A DNA stretch of 52,581 bases from Promethearchaeota archaeon (lineage in GTDB: Archaea > Asgardarchaeota > Lokiarchaeia > Sigyniarchaeales > SOKP01). The stretch is from assembly GCA_048938855.1 (NCBI GenBank), contig JBHLLT010000021.1, forward strand, positions 1 to 52,581, given 5' to 3'. A model generated the notes under the pieces. The model had not been told where the DNA came from, did no database searches, and worked only from the letters and a program-made list of their open reading frames with translations. Each line of letters opens with the position of its first letter. The stretch's first letter is position 1. Both the position numbers and the translations under genes were made by a program. Positions 9,179-19,863 of the stretch are shown here, in pieces.

Positions 9179-9607
9179 ATGAAAAGTATCGAAACGAAGT
9201 CAAAACGTATAATTGTTGCAAAAGTTGAACCTAATGAGGATTTAATAGATTCAATCATTACCTTAGTTAAAAATTACGATGTTAAATCTGGTATTATAAA
9301 CTGCATTGGTGCATTAAAAAAATTCACAATAGGATTTTATAATATTAATTCTAAGAACTATAATTTAAAAACATTTGAAGAATATGTCGAACTGATAAGT
9401 TGTATAGGAAATTTATCTTTCAAGGATAAGGATCCTGTTATTCATTTACATGTATCTTTAGGAAGAAGTGATTATACCGTAATAGGGGGACATCTCACTC
9501 AACCAAGTATAGTTTCTGTTACTGGTGAGGTCAAAATAATTGAACTTGACCAAAAATTACTACGTGCTGAAGATCCTCAATTTAATCTATCATTATTAGA
9601 ATTATGA
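9179..9607 (+). CDS. PPC/DUF296 domain protein
   Basis: CIGAL, ELISCIGN, HLHVSLG and GGHL motifs. Confidence 0.9.
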   Translation: MKSIETKSKRIIVAKVEPNEDLIDSIITLVKNYDVKSGIINCIGALKKFTIGFYNINSKNYNLKTFEEYVELISCIGNLSFKDKDPVIHLHVSLGRSDYTVIGGHLTQPSIVSVTGEVKIIELDQKLLRAEDPQFNLSLLEL

Positions 9608-9624
9608 TAATGGTGTAAAATTTA

Positions 9625-10185
9625 ATGGGAGAAAAAAAAAATAAAGAGTGGGCATTAAAACTAGCAATATTAGGAGATCCCGCTGTAGGAAAAACGTCCT
9701 TGATTAATAAATACATCAGTAATTCATTTAAGGAAGACTACTCTCCAACACTAGGAGTAAATATTGTATCAAAAGATGTAAGAATTAAAGAAATCAATTC
9801 CAGAATTCGTTTACTCTTATGGGACATAGCAGGGCAAGATAAATATGAACTAACGCGTCAGAACTTTTTTCAAGGATGTGTTGGAGCATTTCTAGTTTAT
9901 GATATAACACATTACTCATCATTTAGTCAAATTAAAACAAAATGGTTAGAAGATTTTAAAAAATTCAGCAGACCTAATGGTGTTTATATTTTAATAGGTA
10001 ATAAATCGGATTTAAAAGAATCAAGTAACGTATCTTTTGAAGAAGGAAAAGCTCTATCTGAAGAAATTAATGCTGCTGAGTTTATAGAAACATGTGCAAA
10101 GTATGGTGATAATGTTGAGGAAGCCTTTAAAAAATTGGTAATACATATCCTAAAGAGAAATGGTGTAATCTTTAAGGAAAATTAA
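9625..10185 (+). CDS. Rab/Ras-like small GTPase
   Basis: G1 GDPAVGKT, G2 PTLG, G3 WDIAGQ, G4 NKSD, G5 ETCAK. Confidence 0.95.
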   Translation: MGEKKNKEWALKLAILGDPAVGKTSLINKYISNSFKEDYSPTLGVNIVSKDVRIKEINSRIRLLLWDIAGQDKYELTRQNFFQGCVGAFLVYDITHYSSFSQIKTKWLEDFKKFSRPNGVYILIGNKSDLKESSNVSFEEGKALSEEINAAEFIETCAKYGDNVEEAFKKLVIHILKRNGVIFKEN

Positions 10186-10229
10186 TAAAAATAAATATGT
10201 GATTAATTAATAATCCAAAATAAACAGTT

Positions 10230-10796
10230 ATGATTGGAGATTATAAAGGATTTGTAAAAAATAAAGTAGTAGTAGCACTACTCCAAGCCTATCATGATAT
10301 ACTTGATTATGATGGGATGAAATCAATTTTGAAAGAAGCAGGAATGATGCACATTAAAGATCTAAGAGATAAAGATCCTAATGATACATTAGATTTTTTC
10401 TCTTTTAAAAAAATCATATCTGCTCAAAATTGTCTATTATATGAGTCCTCTGATCTCCTTTTTGAAATCGGAAAGAAATTTTCATTTTATTTATTCCCTT
10501 TTGGAAAAAGATTTGAAGAAATTATCCATGAGATAAATTCTTTTATTATGACAGATTGGAAAGTAAGTATTATTGGAAATTGTGAAAATGAAATCTCTAT
10601 AAGTGTAGAGCGATGTATCTTTTGTTCTGAGATTGGAGTTCCTTGTGATTTATTCAAAGGCTTCTTATTCAATTCATTACAAAAATCCTTACCATCAGAG
10701 CACAGAGTTATTTATGATAGAGAATTAAATAACGTAAATAATCCCTCTCATAACACGTTTATAGTTAAGTTAAAAATTGTCAAAAATATTAAATAA
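10230..10796 (+). CDS. V4R/HNOB/Bet3-fold-like protein
   Basis: Helical N-terminus, LFEIGKKF, and C-terminal CIFC..PCDLFKGFL typical of V4R domains. Confidence 0.6.
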   Translation: MIGDYKGFVKNKVVVALLQAYHDILDYDGMKSILKEAGMMHIKDLRDKDPNDTLDFFSFKKIISAQNCLLYESSDLLFEIGKKFSFYLFPFGKRFEEIIHEINSFIMTDWKVSIIGNCENEISISVERCIFCSEIGVPCDLFKGFLFNSLQKSLPSEHRVIYDRELNNVNNPSHNTFIVKLKIVKNIK

Positions 10797-10921
10797 GTAA
10801 AAAACGAAATTTAAGTTATAATTAGATTTAATAAAAGAAATCCAATTCTCAAATAATATGTAATTTTTAAAAAATTGAAAAAAGTATTATATATTCCTAT
10901 AACAAAATATTAAATTGCACA

Positions 10922-11476
10922 ATGACAACCGAAGAAACTAATTTCGATCGAGAATTCGTGTACAAAATAGTTATTTTAGGAGATGCTGCGGTAGGCAAAA
11001 CATCTTTGATAAATCGATTTGTGGAAAATTCATTTTCAGAAGATTACCGTGCGACGCTAGGAGCAAATATTGTGAGGAAAGATGTCAATCTAAATAACAC
11101 AAAGGTTCGATTGATAATGTGGGACCTCGCGGGGCAGGAGAAATATCAAGTTGTGCGCAGCATGTATTTTCAAGGATGTCAAGGTGCGTTACTTGTTTAT
11201 GATGTGACTCGTTATAGTACTTTTGATAGTATAAATTCTAAATGGTTACGAGATTTTAAGAAATTTGTTAAAAAAGAGGGAGCATATATCTTAATAGGAA
11301 ATAAATCTGATTTAGCTGACCAAAGAACAGTAACAAAAGAGCGGGGAAAAGAGATAGCGAATAAAATCAAAGCTAGCCACTTTATTGAGACAAGTGCAAA
11401 AATGGGAGAAAATATTGAAGAAGCCTTTTCACTTTTAGTGAATCAAATCTTAAACAATCATGGTGTAGAGATTTAA
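10922..11476 (+). CDS. Rab-like small GTPase
   Basis: GDAAVGKT, WDLAGQEKY, NKSD, ETSAK. Confidence 0.95.
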   Translation: MTTEETNFDREFVYKIVILGDAAVGKTSLINRFVENSFSEDYRATLGANIVRKDVNLNNTKVRLIMWDLAGQEKYQVVRSMYFQGCQGALLVYDVTRYSTFDSINSKWLRDFKKFVKKEGAYILIGNKSDLADQRTVTKERGKEIANKIKASHFIETSAKMGENIEEAFSLLVNQILNNHGVEI

Positions 11477-11562
11477 TAAGTTTTAATAGTCTCGCATAAC
11501 TCTTTCTTGTATCAATAAATTTTCAACAAACCTTAATAAGAGACATATATTAAGGGAAGATT

Positions 11563-12714
11563 ATGAAAGAAACCTCTCAAAGATTAGTAAAGGCTCCAAA
11601 ATCTGCTATAAGAGAGTTATTTGATCTTGCCTCAGGTCGATCAGATGTTATTAGTCTCGGGATTGGGCAACCAGATTTTAGAACACCAGAACCGGTAATA
11701 CAAGGAAATATTGAAGCATTAAAAAAGAATATCACTATGTATGCCCCTACTAGAGGTGTTCCAGAGTTATTAAAATTAATAGAGAAGAAAACACGCAAAT
11801 TTAATCATATTGATATTAACTGGAGTGATAATATTATTGTTACTAATGGAGCGAGTCAAGCAGTTACTTTAGCTTATGCTTCGATTTTTAACCCTGGAGA
11901 TGAGTTAATCATCTCATCACCGAATTTTGTATCCTATTTTTACTGTGCTTCGTTTTTTGGAGTTAAGGTAATAGAAATTGCGCGTAATAAAGATTTTAGT
12001 CCTAATATAGAAAAAATAAAAACCTCAATTTCAAATAAAACTAAAGCAATCTTGATTAATACTCCTAACAATCCTACTGGGTATGCGTTAAAGCAAAATG
12101 ATTTAAAAGAAATAGTGGATATAATTATAGAAAATGACTTGTATTTGATTACTGATGAGGTTTATGAAAATTATATATATGATGGATTAAAACATATAAG
12201 TCCTGCTTCTTTAGATGGTATGTTTGAGAGAACCGTAACAGTAAATGCTATGTCAAAATTATTTTCTGCCACAGGATTTAGATTAGGTTATGCTATCGCT
12301 TCTAAAGAAATAATCAATTTAATGGAAAAATTTCATCAATACACCATTGCTGGTACTAATCATGCAGCTCAGTATGGTTATATTGAAGCACTTAAAATGG
12401 GTTTGGATTTTTTTAAGGAAATATGGGAGAGTTTTGAGAAACGACGTAATTTAGTATATAATAGACTTACTGAGATAGGTTTTGATGTATTAAAACCAAA
12501 TGGAGCGTTTTATATAATGCCATCTACGGAGAAATATAATTTGAGTGGTTCTGAATTTTCACAGAGAATTATGAAAGATCAAGCGGTAGCTGTCGTTCCT
12601 GGAAACATTTTTGGCTCATTCTCAGACAATATGATAAGAATTTCATATGCAACTGCATTGGAACAACTTGAGGAAGCAATGAATAGAATTGAGTTATTCA
12701 TCCAAAAATTATAA
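11563..12714 (+). CDS. PLP-dependent class I/II aminotransferase (aspartate aminotransferase-like)
   Basis: GQPDF, NTPNNPTG, DEVY, SKLFSATGFRLG, IRISYA. Confidence 0.93.
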   Translation: MKETSQRLVKAPKSAIRELFDLASGRSDVISLGIGQPDFRTPEPVIQGNIEALKKNITMYAPTRGVPELLKLIEKKTRKFNHIDINWSDNIIVTNGASQAVTLAYASIFNPGDELIISSPNFVSYFYCASFFGVKVIEIARNKDFSPNIEKIKTSISNKTKAILINTPNNPTGYALKQNDLKEIVDIIIENDLYLITDEVYENYIYDGLKHISPASLDGMFERTVTVNAMSKLFSATGFRLGYAIASKEIINLMEKFHQYTIAGTNHAAQYGYIEALKMGLDFFKEIWESFEKRRNLVYNRLTEIGFDVLKPNGAFYIMPSTEKYNLSGSEFSQRIMKDQAVAVVPGNIFGSFSDNMIRISYATALEQLEEAMNRIELFIQKL

Positions 12715-12724
12715 ATAATACTTT

Positions 12725-13867
12725 TTATTTACCAAAAGTTTGTATTAATGCGTTAGTTAATAATTCAGTCGCTTTGAAAATATCCTCTATTGAGACATAT
12801 TCATTTATTTTATGAATGATATTTGGATTTCCAGGGCCAAATATTACAAAAGGTATAAAATTTGTAAGACTTATATATTTACAAGCATCAGTAGCATAAG
12901 GTAAACCAATATATTCTGAATTCGTTATTTTTTTCAAATTTTGGACGAATGGATGATTTATGTCAGTCAACAAAGAGTTTAATGAGTTTGTAATTTCAAC
13001 GTCTATAGAATAAGGCTCTAATTGAATTTTTCTCAAATTATCTATTACTGTATCCTGTTTCTGTTCGGGTATCAATCTGAAATCAATTTCTAAATCAGCA
13101 TAATCAGGAACAATATTTATTTTAGTGCCTCCTTGAATTTTTCCAATATTTATGGTCGATCTTCCTAAAATCTTATTAGATTTATCTCCTATACAGCTAT
13201 AAATTTTAGGAATAATCTTTAGTAAACCTTCTATAGCATTATGACCCTCTTGAGGCATAGATCCGTGAGCTGATTTCCCAGTTACATGTATAGTCACCCA
13301 TAATAAACCTTTTTCAGCAACCCCAATATTTAAATTTGTAGGTTCAGCTACAATTATTAAATCAACGTTCTTAACATATCCTTTTTTCGTAAGTAAATCA
13401 GCACCGGACATTCCTGCTTCTTCATCAGCACTACCAAGAAAAATCAATTCATAATTCTTCATAAAATAGGGATCTGATTTTAAAACTTTCATTACTCCTA
13501 TTAGAGAGGTTATACCTCCTTTCATATCAGCAGAACCTCGTCCATATATTTTTCCATCAGAAACTTTAGCAGAAAAGGGGGGATATGTCCATATCGTCTG
13601 ATCCCCAACAGTCACTACATCAAAATGCCCTGATAACACTATTTTCTTTTTCCCAGTTCCAATTTTAGCAACCAAATTATGAAGCGTTACACCATTCTTT
13701 ATATGAGTAATAACTTCATTATGAAAACCCTCTTTATCGCTGAAAACTTCAGTGATTAAATAGTTAACCACTTCTTCAGTATTTCCAGGGGGATTTTCAG
13801 TGGGAATCTGAATTAATTTCTTTAAAATTTTGATTAATTCTTCTTTTTGAGAATTAGATAATTCCAT
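12725..13867 (-). CDS. M20 family metallopeptidase (ArgE/DapE-like)
   Basis: GHFDVV, GRGSADMKGG, DEEAG, AEPT and H near the C-terminus. Confidence 0.92.
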   Translation of the reverse strand: MELSNSQKEELIKILKKLIQIPTENPPGNTEEVVNYLITEVFSDKEGFHNEVITHIKNGVTLHNLVAKIGTGKKKIVLSGHFDVVTVGDQTIWTYPPFSAKVSDGKIYGRGSADMKGGITSLIGVMKVLKSDPYFMKNYELIFLGSADEEAGMSGADLLTKKGYVKNVDLIIVAEPTNLNIGVAEKGLLWVTIHVTGKSAHGSMPQEGHNAIEGLLKIIPKIYSCIGDKSNKILGRSTINIGKIQGGTKINIVPDYADLEIDFRLIPEQKQDTVIDNLRKIQLEPYSIDVEITNSLNSLLTDINHPFVQNLKKITNSEYIGLPYATDACKYISLTNFIPFVIFGPGNPNIIHKINEYVSIEDIFKATELLTNALIQTFGK

Positions 13868-13932
13868 AGCAAATAGAAAATTTTTGTTAGAATAATTTAG
13901 ATAAAATTAACTCCGTAAATAAGTTATCAAAT

Positions 13933-15132
13933 CTATACATAATCTACCTCAAATTGTGTTTTCGGGAGTACCTCGGCACCCTTGCTTGTAACAAGGGTTG
14001 GTGACTCAAGTCGAAGACCACCTAAACTAGGACGATTGAATACTATCGCTGCAATTTCTACCATGTTTTCTTCAAAAATCATTGATCCCCATCCTTTTTG
14101 GGGAATAACAACAGGCCAGGATTCATTACCTATACAACCTATACCATGACCAATACCAAAGAATAAATCATTCTCATATCCTGATTTTTCAGCTACTTTC
14201 CTGACTTGTTGGTAACAATCCTCAAATGTATTTCCTGGATACATGTTATCTATCAATGTATAACATAATTGTTCATAGACATCATTAAATGCTTTAAGAT
14301 CTGATGGACATTTCCCTAAAATGTAATTATGGCTCAAATCTCCAAGATAACATCCGTATTCGCTATGTAAATCCACTAACAGAGATTCACCTTCCTTAAC
14401 CTCTTTATTTGTAGCCGGAGTGCACCCATTAAAAGTCCAAGACGCTCGATATCCTGAACCTATTTCCTGATTACCTGTAAATGTCCAATCATAATTGCTC
14501 CCTTTTTTTCTCATAGCCAATGTTCCTATACCCGCAATTTCATTTTCAGTAAAAATTTTCCCCTCTGGACGTTCTAATAAAGTCTCTTTTACAACCTTTT
14601 GACCTATATCAGTAATTTCTGAGGCTTTACGCAACATAGCGATCTCTTCAGGTTCTTTAATGAATTGTATTCGTTCAGTTTTTTCATTAAAATCCACTAA
14701 TTCGCATCCTGGGAATATATTTTTTAGTAAATCCCCTTCAGTATAGTTAAGCATTTGTCCAGTTACACAGATATCAACACCCAATTCTACTCCAATTCTT
14801 GGTGGTGATCCTTTCGGGTTATATACACCTACTTTTTTTGCTGCTTTTTGAATTTTTTTCTCCCAAAAAAAACCTTTGATTGGCCCCCACCCCTCGGTCT
14901 TTAATTGACCTTCAGCTTTGACACGTTCTACATCTAAAAGGACAGTGTAAAGGATAGGTTCTCCAGCGCCTTCTTTTGGTAAAAATATATAACTTTTCCA
15001 AGGTACAAAGCAACCAGACAGATAAGTGATAGATTTTACACGAGTAAGTACACAGAAATCAATGCCTAATTCCTCCATAGCAGCTTGATACTTCCTCACA
15101 TGACCTTTCCAATTTATTTTAATTTCACTCAT
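13933..15132 (-). CDS. M24 family (Xaa-Pro peptidase/creatinase-like) protein
   Basis: IKEPEEI linker, D..D, GHGIG and GLRLES motifs. Confidence 0.85.
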   Translation of the reverse strand: MSEIKINWKGHVRKYQAAMEELGIDFCVLTRVKSITYLSGCFVPWKSYIFLPKEGAGEPILYTVLLDVERVKAEGQLKTEGWGPIKGFFWEKKIQKAAKKVGVYNPKGSPPRIGVELGVDICVTGQMLNYTEGDLLKNIFPGCELVDFNEKTERIQFIKEPEEIAMLRKASEITDIGQKVVKETLLERPEGKIFTENEIAGIGTLAMRKKGSNYDWTFTGNQEIGSGYRASWTFNGCTPATNKEVKEGESLLVDLHSEYGCYLGDLSHNYILGKCPSDLKAFNDVYEQLCYTLIDNMYPGNTFEDCYQQVRKVAEKSGYENDLFFGIGHGIGCIGNESWPVVIPQKGWGSMIFEENMVEIAAIVFNRPSLGGLRLESPTLVTSKGAEVLPKTQFEVDYV

Positions 15133-15257
15133 TTCTCTATCAATAAAATTATTTGATTAATTATAATTAACTAAAGTTTTTTATAAATTTTATAAAATTC
15201 ATTTCTTAAATGAATAAGATATGAATAAAGATACGAAATAGAATATTGAGGTATCAA

Positions 15258-17537
15258 TTATCTATATAAATCAGCTTTAGATTCTTGAATATTCCTTGAT
15301 TTTGTTATTTCCTTTGCCATATTCACGTATTTTTCAATTACTTCTTTTGGTAATGTTGAATTAATTTTTGATAACGCGAAATCAAAGTGTTTTTGTTCAA
15401 TATTTTCTAAATCGTTTAAATTTTCTCGAATAGCTTGCATTCCTGCTTCGCGACATACGTTTTCTAAATCAGCACCACTATATCCTTCTGTAGCTTGAGC
15501 AATATGTTTTAATGAAACATCATCAGCTAAAGGCATATTTTTAGTATGAACTTTTAATATAGATTCTCTTTCTTTAATATCAGGAGCTTCAACATATAAT
15601 AATCTATCCAGTCTTCCAGGTCTTAATAATGCTGAATCTACCATATCCGGTCGATTTGTACTCGCTATAACAACAATACTTTTTCGATTTTCGATTCCAT
15701 CCATTTCAACTAGTATCTGATTTACAATTGAATCTCTTAGAGCCGTACTTTCGCTTATCCCTCTGATGGAGGATATTGCATCAATTTCATCAAAATAAAT
15801 AATTGAAGGAGCTGCTTGTCTAGCTTTTCTAAAGATATTTCTTACTGATCTTTCGCTTTCACCAACCCATTTAGAAAATAATTCTGGACCTTTTACGGTT
15901 ATGAAATTTGTCTTTGTTTCTGTGGCGATTGCTTTAGCTAAAAGTGTTTTTCCACACCCTGGTGGTCCAAAGAGGAGTATCCCATTCAAGGGACGAATGC
16001 CCGCTTTTTCAAATAATTTAGGATATTTTAATGGCCATTCAACCGCTTCTTTTAACTCATTTTTTATTTCATTCAGACCTCCAACATCATCCCAACTTAT
16101 ATCAGGAATTTCTACCATAACTTCTCGCATCGCAGAAGGCTCAATCATATTTAAAGCTTGAATAAAGTCATCATTTTGGATCTTTATTTCTTGAATTATT
16201 TCACTAGGGATTGGTTCATCTAAATTGATCTTTGGTAAGATTCTTCTAAGTGCATGCATCGCAGCTTCTCGGCATACTGCCATAATATCTGCACCAACAA
16301 ACCCATGGGTTATTTCAGCATAATCGTCCAATTTAATATCTTCTTCCAGTGGCATTCCCCTTGTGTGTATTTGAAATATTTCTTTTCTTCCTTTGACATT
16401 TGGTACACCAAACTCAATTTCACGATCAAATCTCCCTGGTCTTCTTAAAGCCTCATCAATTGCATTAACTCTATTTGTAGCACCAACGCAAATTATTTCT
16501 CCTCTACCACGTAAGCCATCCATTAAAGATAATAACTGAGAAACTACACGTCTCTCTACTTCACCTGATGTATCAACTCTTTTTGGGGCAATAGAATCTA
16601 TTTCATCAATAAAAATTATAGATGGAGCACTTTCTTCTGCTTCTCTAAAAATTTCTCTTAACCTACCCTCACTAGCACCATAAAATTTACTCATTATCTC
16701 AGGACCATTGATTGTTATGAAGTTGGCATTTGATTCTTGTGAAACGGCTTTCGCCATAAGGGTTTTACCTGTTCCAGAAGGACCATGAAATAATACACCT
16801 TTAGGGGGATCAATATTCAAACGATGAAACAATTCAGGATGCTTTAAAGGTAATTCAACCATTTCTCTAATTCTTTGGATTTCATCCGTTAAACCTCCAA
16901 CATCATCGTAAGTAACAACTCCCCCAGAAATATTAAGAACTGCTACTCTCTTATTAACTTTTATTATTGTATCCCGAGTAATTTTAACTACTCTATCAGA
17001 AGGTTTTGAATTTTCAACAATTAATCTTAATGTTCCTAATGTGGGTCTTTTTTTAGCCCCAAAGGGAAACATTTTCATGATCTCAGACATTGGATTATCA
17101 CTATCTTCTCTTTGAACAAATGTTCCCAATACATCAACAATGTCACCAATGACTACAGGTTTATCAATTAATTTTCCCTTTATTGCCTCTGCTTGCCTTT
17201 TTAAATCGATATTTGGACGAGTAGGAGTCAATACAATTTCGGTTGCAGGATACACATCAGCAAGTCTAAGAGTAACATATTCCCCTATAGTTGCTCCCGC
17301 ATTCAATCGTTGAAGCCCATCAAGTCTTATAATCCCCTTACCTCTATCTGAGCCTGAAGAAACAGCAATACCAGTAGTTTTTTTTTTACCTCTAATTTCA
17401 ACAATATCTCCTGTGTTTAAACCTAATTCAAACATTATATCTTGATCAATATAACAAAGAGAGCGTCCACTTCGACTTTTATCTAATCTCTCAATTCTGA
17501 GTTTAGAGTTCTTAATTGTAATATTTCCTTCTGACAT
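15258..17537 (-). CDS. cdc48: CDC48/VCP (p97)-type AAA+ ATPase
   Basis: N-domain plus two AAA modules ([30 protein letters not shown]); C-terminal LYR. Confidence 0.96.
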   Translation of the reverse strand: MSEGNITIKNSKLRIERLDKSRSGRSLCYIDQDIMFELGLNTGDIVEIRGKKKTTGIAVSSGSDRGKGIIRLDGLQRLNAGATIGEYVTLRLADVYPATEIVLTPTRPNIDLKRQAEAIKGKLIDKPVVIGDIVDVLGTFVQREDSDNPMSEIMKMFPFGAKKRPTLGTLRLIVENSKPSDRVVKITRDTIIKVNKRVAVLNISGGVVTYDDVGGLTDEIQRIREMVELPLKHPELFHRLNIDPPKGVLFHGPSGTGKTLMAKAVSQESNANFITINGPEIMSKFYGASEGRLREIFREAEESAPSIIFIDEIDSIAPKRVDTSGEVERRVVSQLLSLMDGLRGRGEIICVGATNRVNAIDEALRRPGRFDREIEFGVPNVKGRKEIFQIHTRGMPLEEDIKLDDYAEITHGFVGADIMAVCREAAMHALRRILPKINLDEPIPSEIIQEIKIQNDDFIQALNMIEPSAMREVMVEIPDISWDDVGGLNEIKNELKEAVEWPLKYPKLFEKAGIRPLNGILLFGPPGCGKTLLAKAIATETKTNFITVKGPELFSKWVGESERSVRNIFRKARQAAPSIIYFDEIDAISSIRGISESTALRDSIVNQILVEMDGIENRKSIVVIASTNRPDMVDSALLRPGRLDRLLYVEAPDIKERESILKVHTKNMPLADDVSLKHIAQATEGYSGADLENVCREAGMQAIRENLNDLENIEQKHFDFALSKINSTLPKEVIEKYVNMAKEITKSRNIQESKADLYR

Positions 17538-17653
17538 TTTTATTATTTACGAAGTTATTCATATTTTTAAAAATAAAATTTTTCAAGTAATTAAAGAATT
17601 AATGGTTTATTTTCTTTTTCTTTAATATTCAAAAATGTCCGCTTAAAAAAGAT

Positions 17654-18451
17654 TTATGAAAATTCTCTATTTAGATTTTTTTTTAAATATTTTTTAAAAT
17701 TATTCAGTACTTCTGATTCCCCTAACTTTTTATTTTTATTTCTTTTTATGAATGCTCTTCTTAATTTTAAAATCTCATTTTTGAAATATTTAAAATCTGA
17801 TTTTAATATCAGGGTTCCTACATAAACTCTAGTGATTTTATCTAAATTTTCATTATATAAAAGATTAATATTGTCGATGTTTTCTTTATTTACATTTGAT
17901 TTTTGAGGATTCATCTGATCTTCTAATAAAGATAAAAAATCTTTAATTACTTCGCTAAGATCAGAGATATCTGAGAGATTATAAGTAGCAATAGGTTTAT
18001 CCCAACTATATTTATTAAACATATCAAATTTATTGTCTATTTTCTGAATAACCTCATTTGGAATAGGTTTTCCTCTCTTTTCATTCCACTTAATACAGAA
18101 TTCGATTGGGGTTGCGATATGAACTACAAACAAATCTAGATGGAGATCATCGGTGATTTCTTTCAAATCATGTCTCATACTAGCATAGTAATTTAAATCA
18201 TCACTTATTATAATGTGACCTTGTCTTAACTCCCTTCTAATAATTTCCAAATTTTTGTTTCTAACAAGTGGTTCTTTATTATATTCGAATTTGTTTGAAG
18301 TCAGGTTCTGCCTAATTATGTCTGGATCAATTATTTTAACTTCAAAAGAACTGTACTTCTTGTTTAAAGCTTTTTTTAATAAATTAGCAAATGTACTTTT
18401 ACCTGAAGCAGGTAATCCTACTAAACAGATTAAAAAATTCTTATTTATCAA
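17654..18451 (-). CDS. pstK: O-phosphoseryl-tRNA(Sec) kinase / KTI12-like P-loop protein
   Basis: GLPASGKST, DDLNYYASMR, WNEKR..PIPNEVI, WDKP and a helical C-domain. Confidence 0.75.
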   Translation of the reverse strand: MINKNFLICLVGLPASGKSTFANLLKKALNKKYSSFEVKIIDPDIIRQNLTSNKFEYNKEPLVRNKNLEIIRRELRQGHIIISDDLNYYASMRHDLKEITDDLHLDLFVVHIATPIEFCIKWNEKRGKPIPNEVIQKIDNKFDMFNKYSWDKPIATYNLSDISDLSEVIKDFLSLLEDQMNPQKSNVNKENIDNINLLYNENLDKITRVYVGTLILKSDFKYFKNEILKLRRAFIKRNKNKKLGESEVLNNFKKYLKKNLNREFS

Positions 18452-18463
18452 CTATGATATCAA

Positions 18464-18739
18464 CTAAATTATATTAGGATTTAAGCTATTTATTAACTCT
18501 CGTTTTTGTTGCCTTGAAAAAGATTTGATTTCCAATTCTCTTCTCATAGCTTCCTTTCTAGTTGGATAAGTTTCAAAATATTTTAACTCTATAAGCTTTT
18601 TACCACGACAAAACTTGGCCCCTGCTCCATTTCGATGTTCGTGCCATCTTCTATAGAGATTGTTCGTATATCCCGTATAATATCTTTTTTTTCCATTTTG
18701 AGCCATGACTTCTAAAACATATACATAAAAAACAGTCAT
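18464..18739 (-). CDS. Small GIY-YIG nuclease (UPF0213-like)
   Basis: YVYVL..YYTGYTNNL.RR..EH..G.GAKF...AMRRE..IK. Confidence 0.9.
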   Translation of the reverse strand: MTVFYVYVLEVMAQNGKKRYYTGYTNNLYRRWHEHRNGAGAKFCRGKKLIELKYFETYPTRKEAMRRELEIKSFSRQQKRELINSLNPNII

Positions 18740-18920
18740 ATCTTATCCTCTACGTGACAGATCAATATTGTATTATTTATTTTTTTAGTTAATCATTCTA
18801 AGTCTGGGTTTATTAAACTACTTGCGGTCAAATATATATATTACGATATCATAATTGATTAATTAAGTAAATAAAACTTATACTTTTAATAACAAATAAA
18901 TTTTTTTTATTAGAATTTGT

Positions 18921-19556
18921 ATGCCAAACGGGATTTTTTTAATTAGATGGGACGAAGTTGAGGGAGGGATAGTTTATTTAAAATTCCCTGAAGACTTAGA
19001 AGTTCCTAATCCAGTTGTCCAACAAATAACAATATCACATAATTTTACTGAATCTTATATTATTACAGAAGAAAAAAACTGGAACTCCGTTTCTTATTAT
19101 AATGAGAATAAGGAGATAATTGTCGTTTTAGTATTAAGCAGATTTGATGATGGTAATGACTACTTAGAAATTCTCGAAAAATTTAATAAAGAGATTGATA
19201 AGTTATCAGGAGAGGAGAAATTAAAAGAAAATCTAGAGGCAATGTTTCACATCAGTTTAGATGCATTTCGGACAACTGATGAAGTAATAACAAAATTAAG
19301 CAATGAAGTTGCTCTCCTTAAGACAAGAGAATATGATTATGAAGTAAAATTCGATTTCATAACAAAAACAAATCATTTACCTGTAAAAAGCAAGATCCTA
19401 TTTTTATTAGCAATTAAAGATCAAGTATCACTTGAAGAATTTATAAAAGTAATAAAGACTAAAAAACAGTGGTTATTAAGCGTCCTTGAAACCCTTGTAA
19501 AGATTGATGTTGTTGGATATAATTCTGAAACAGATTTCTATTATTTAAAAGTATGA
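18921..19556 (+). CDS. Hypothetical protein: uDENN/longin-like N-terminus, coiled coil, C-terminal winged helix
   Basis: IFLIRWDEVEGGIVYLKFP start; heptad-like middle; wHTH-like end (LETLVKIDVVGY). Confidence 0.5.
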   Translation: MPNGIFLIRWDEVEGGIVYLKFPEDLEVPNPVVQQITISHNFTESYIITEEKNWNSVSYYNENKEIIVVLVLSRFDDGNDYLEILEKFNKEIDKLSGEEKLKENLEAMFHISLDAFRTTDEVITKLSNEVALLKTREYDYEVKFDFITKTNHLPVKSKILFLLAIKDQVSLEEFIKVIKTKKQWLLSVLETLVKIDVVGYNSETDFYYLKV

Positions 19557-19831
19557 AAGTTTCTAGGATTAAAATTAAAGTTTTTGGATATGTACAAGGC
19601 GTATTTTTCCGCTATACTACTAGAAAAGTTGCTCGAAGGTTGGGTTTGAAAGGATTAGTTAAAAATTTACCTGATGGGTCAGTTTATATAGAAGCTGAAG
19701 GGCCTTATGATAAATTAATTGAATTATTAGAGTTTTCTAAACGAGGTCCTAGGCAAGCTCAAGTCGCGAAAGTTGAACATGAGTTTTTGCCCCCAACCTA
19801 CGAATTTAAAGGATTTGAATATGGATTTTAA
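19553..19831 (+). CDS. acyP: Acylphosphatase
   Basis: VFGYVQGVFFR and VKNLPDGSV motifs. Confidence 0.95.
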   Translation: MKVSRIKIKVFGYVQGVFFRYTTRKVARRLGLKGLVKNLPDGSVYIEAEGPYDKLIELLEFSKRGPRQAQVAKVEHEFLPPTYEFKGFEYGF

Positions 19832-19863
19832 AACAATAGTCTAAAGTTAATTTTTCCAAATTT

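Noticed and set aside
15210-15245. Imperfect ATGAATAAGAT tandem repeat
   Set aside because: Short, degenerate and AT-rich; expected by chance
18464-18739. GIY-YIG gene as a homing endonuclease or mobile element
   Set aside because: Stand-alone 91-aa UPF0213-type protein with no DNA-binding extension, intron or flanking repeats
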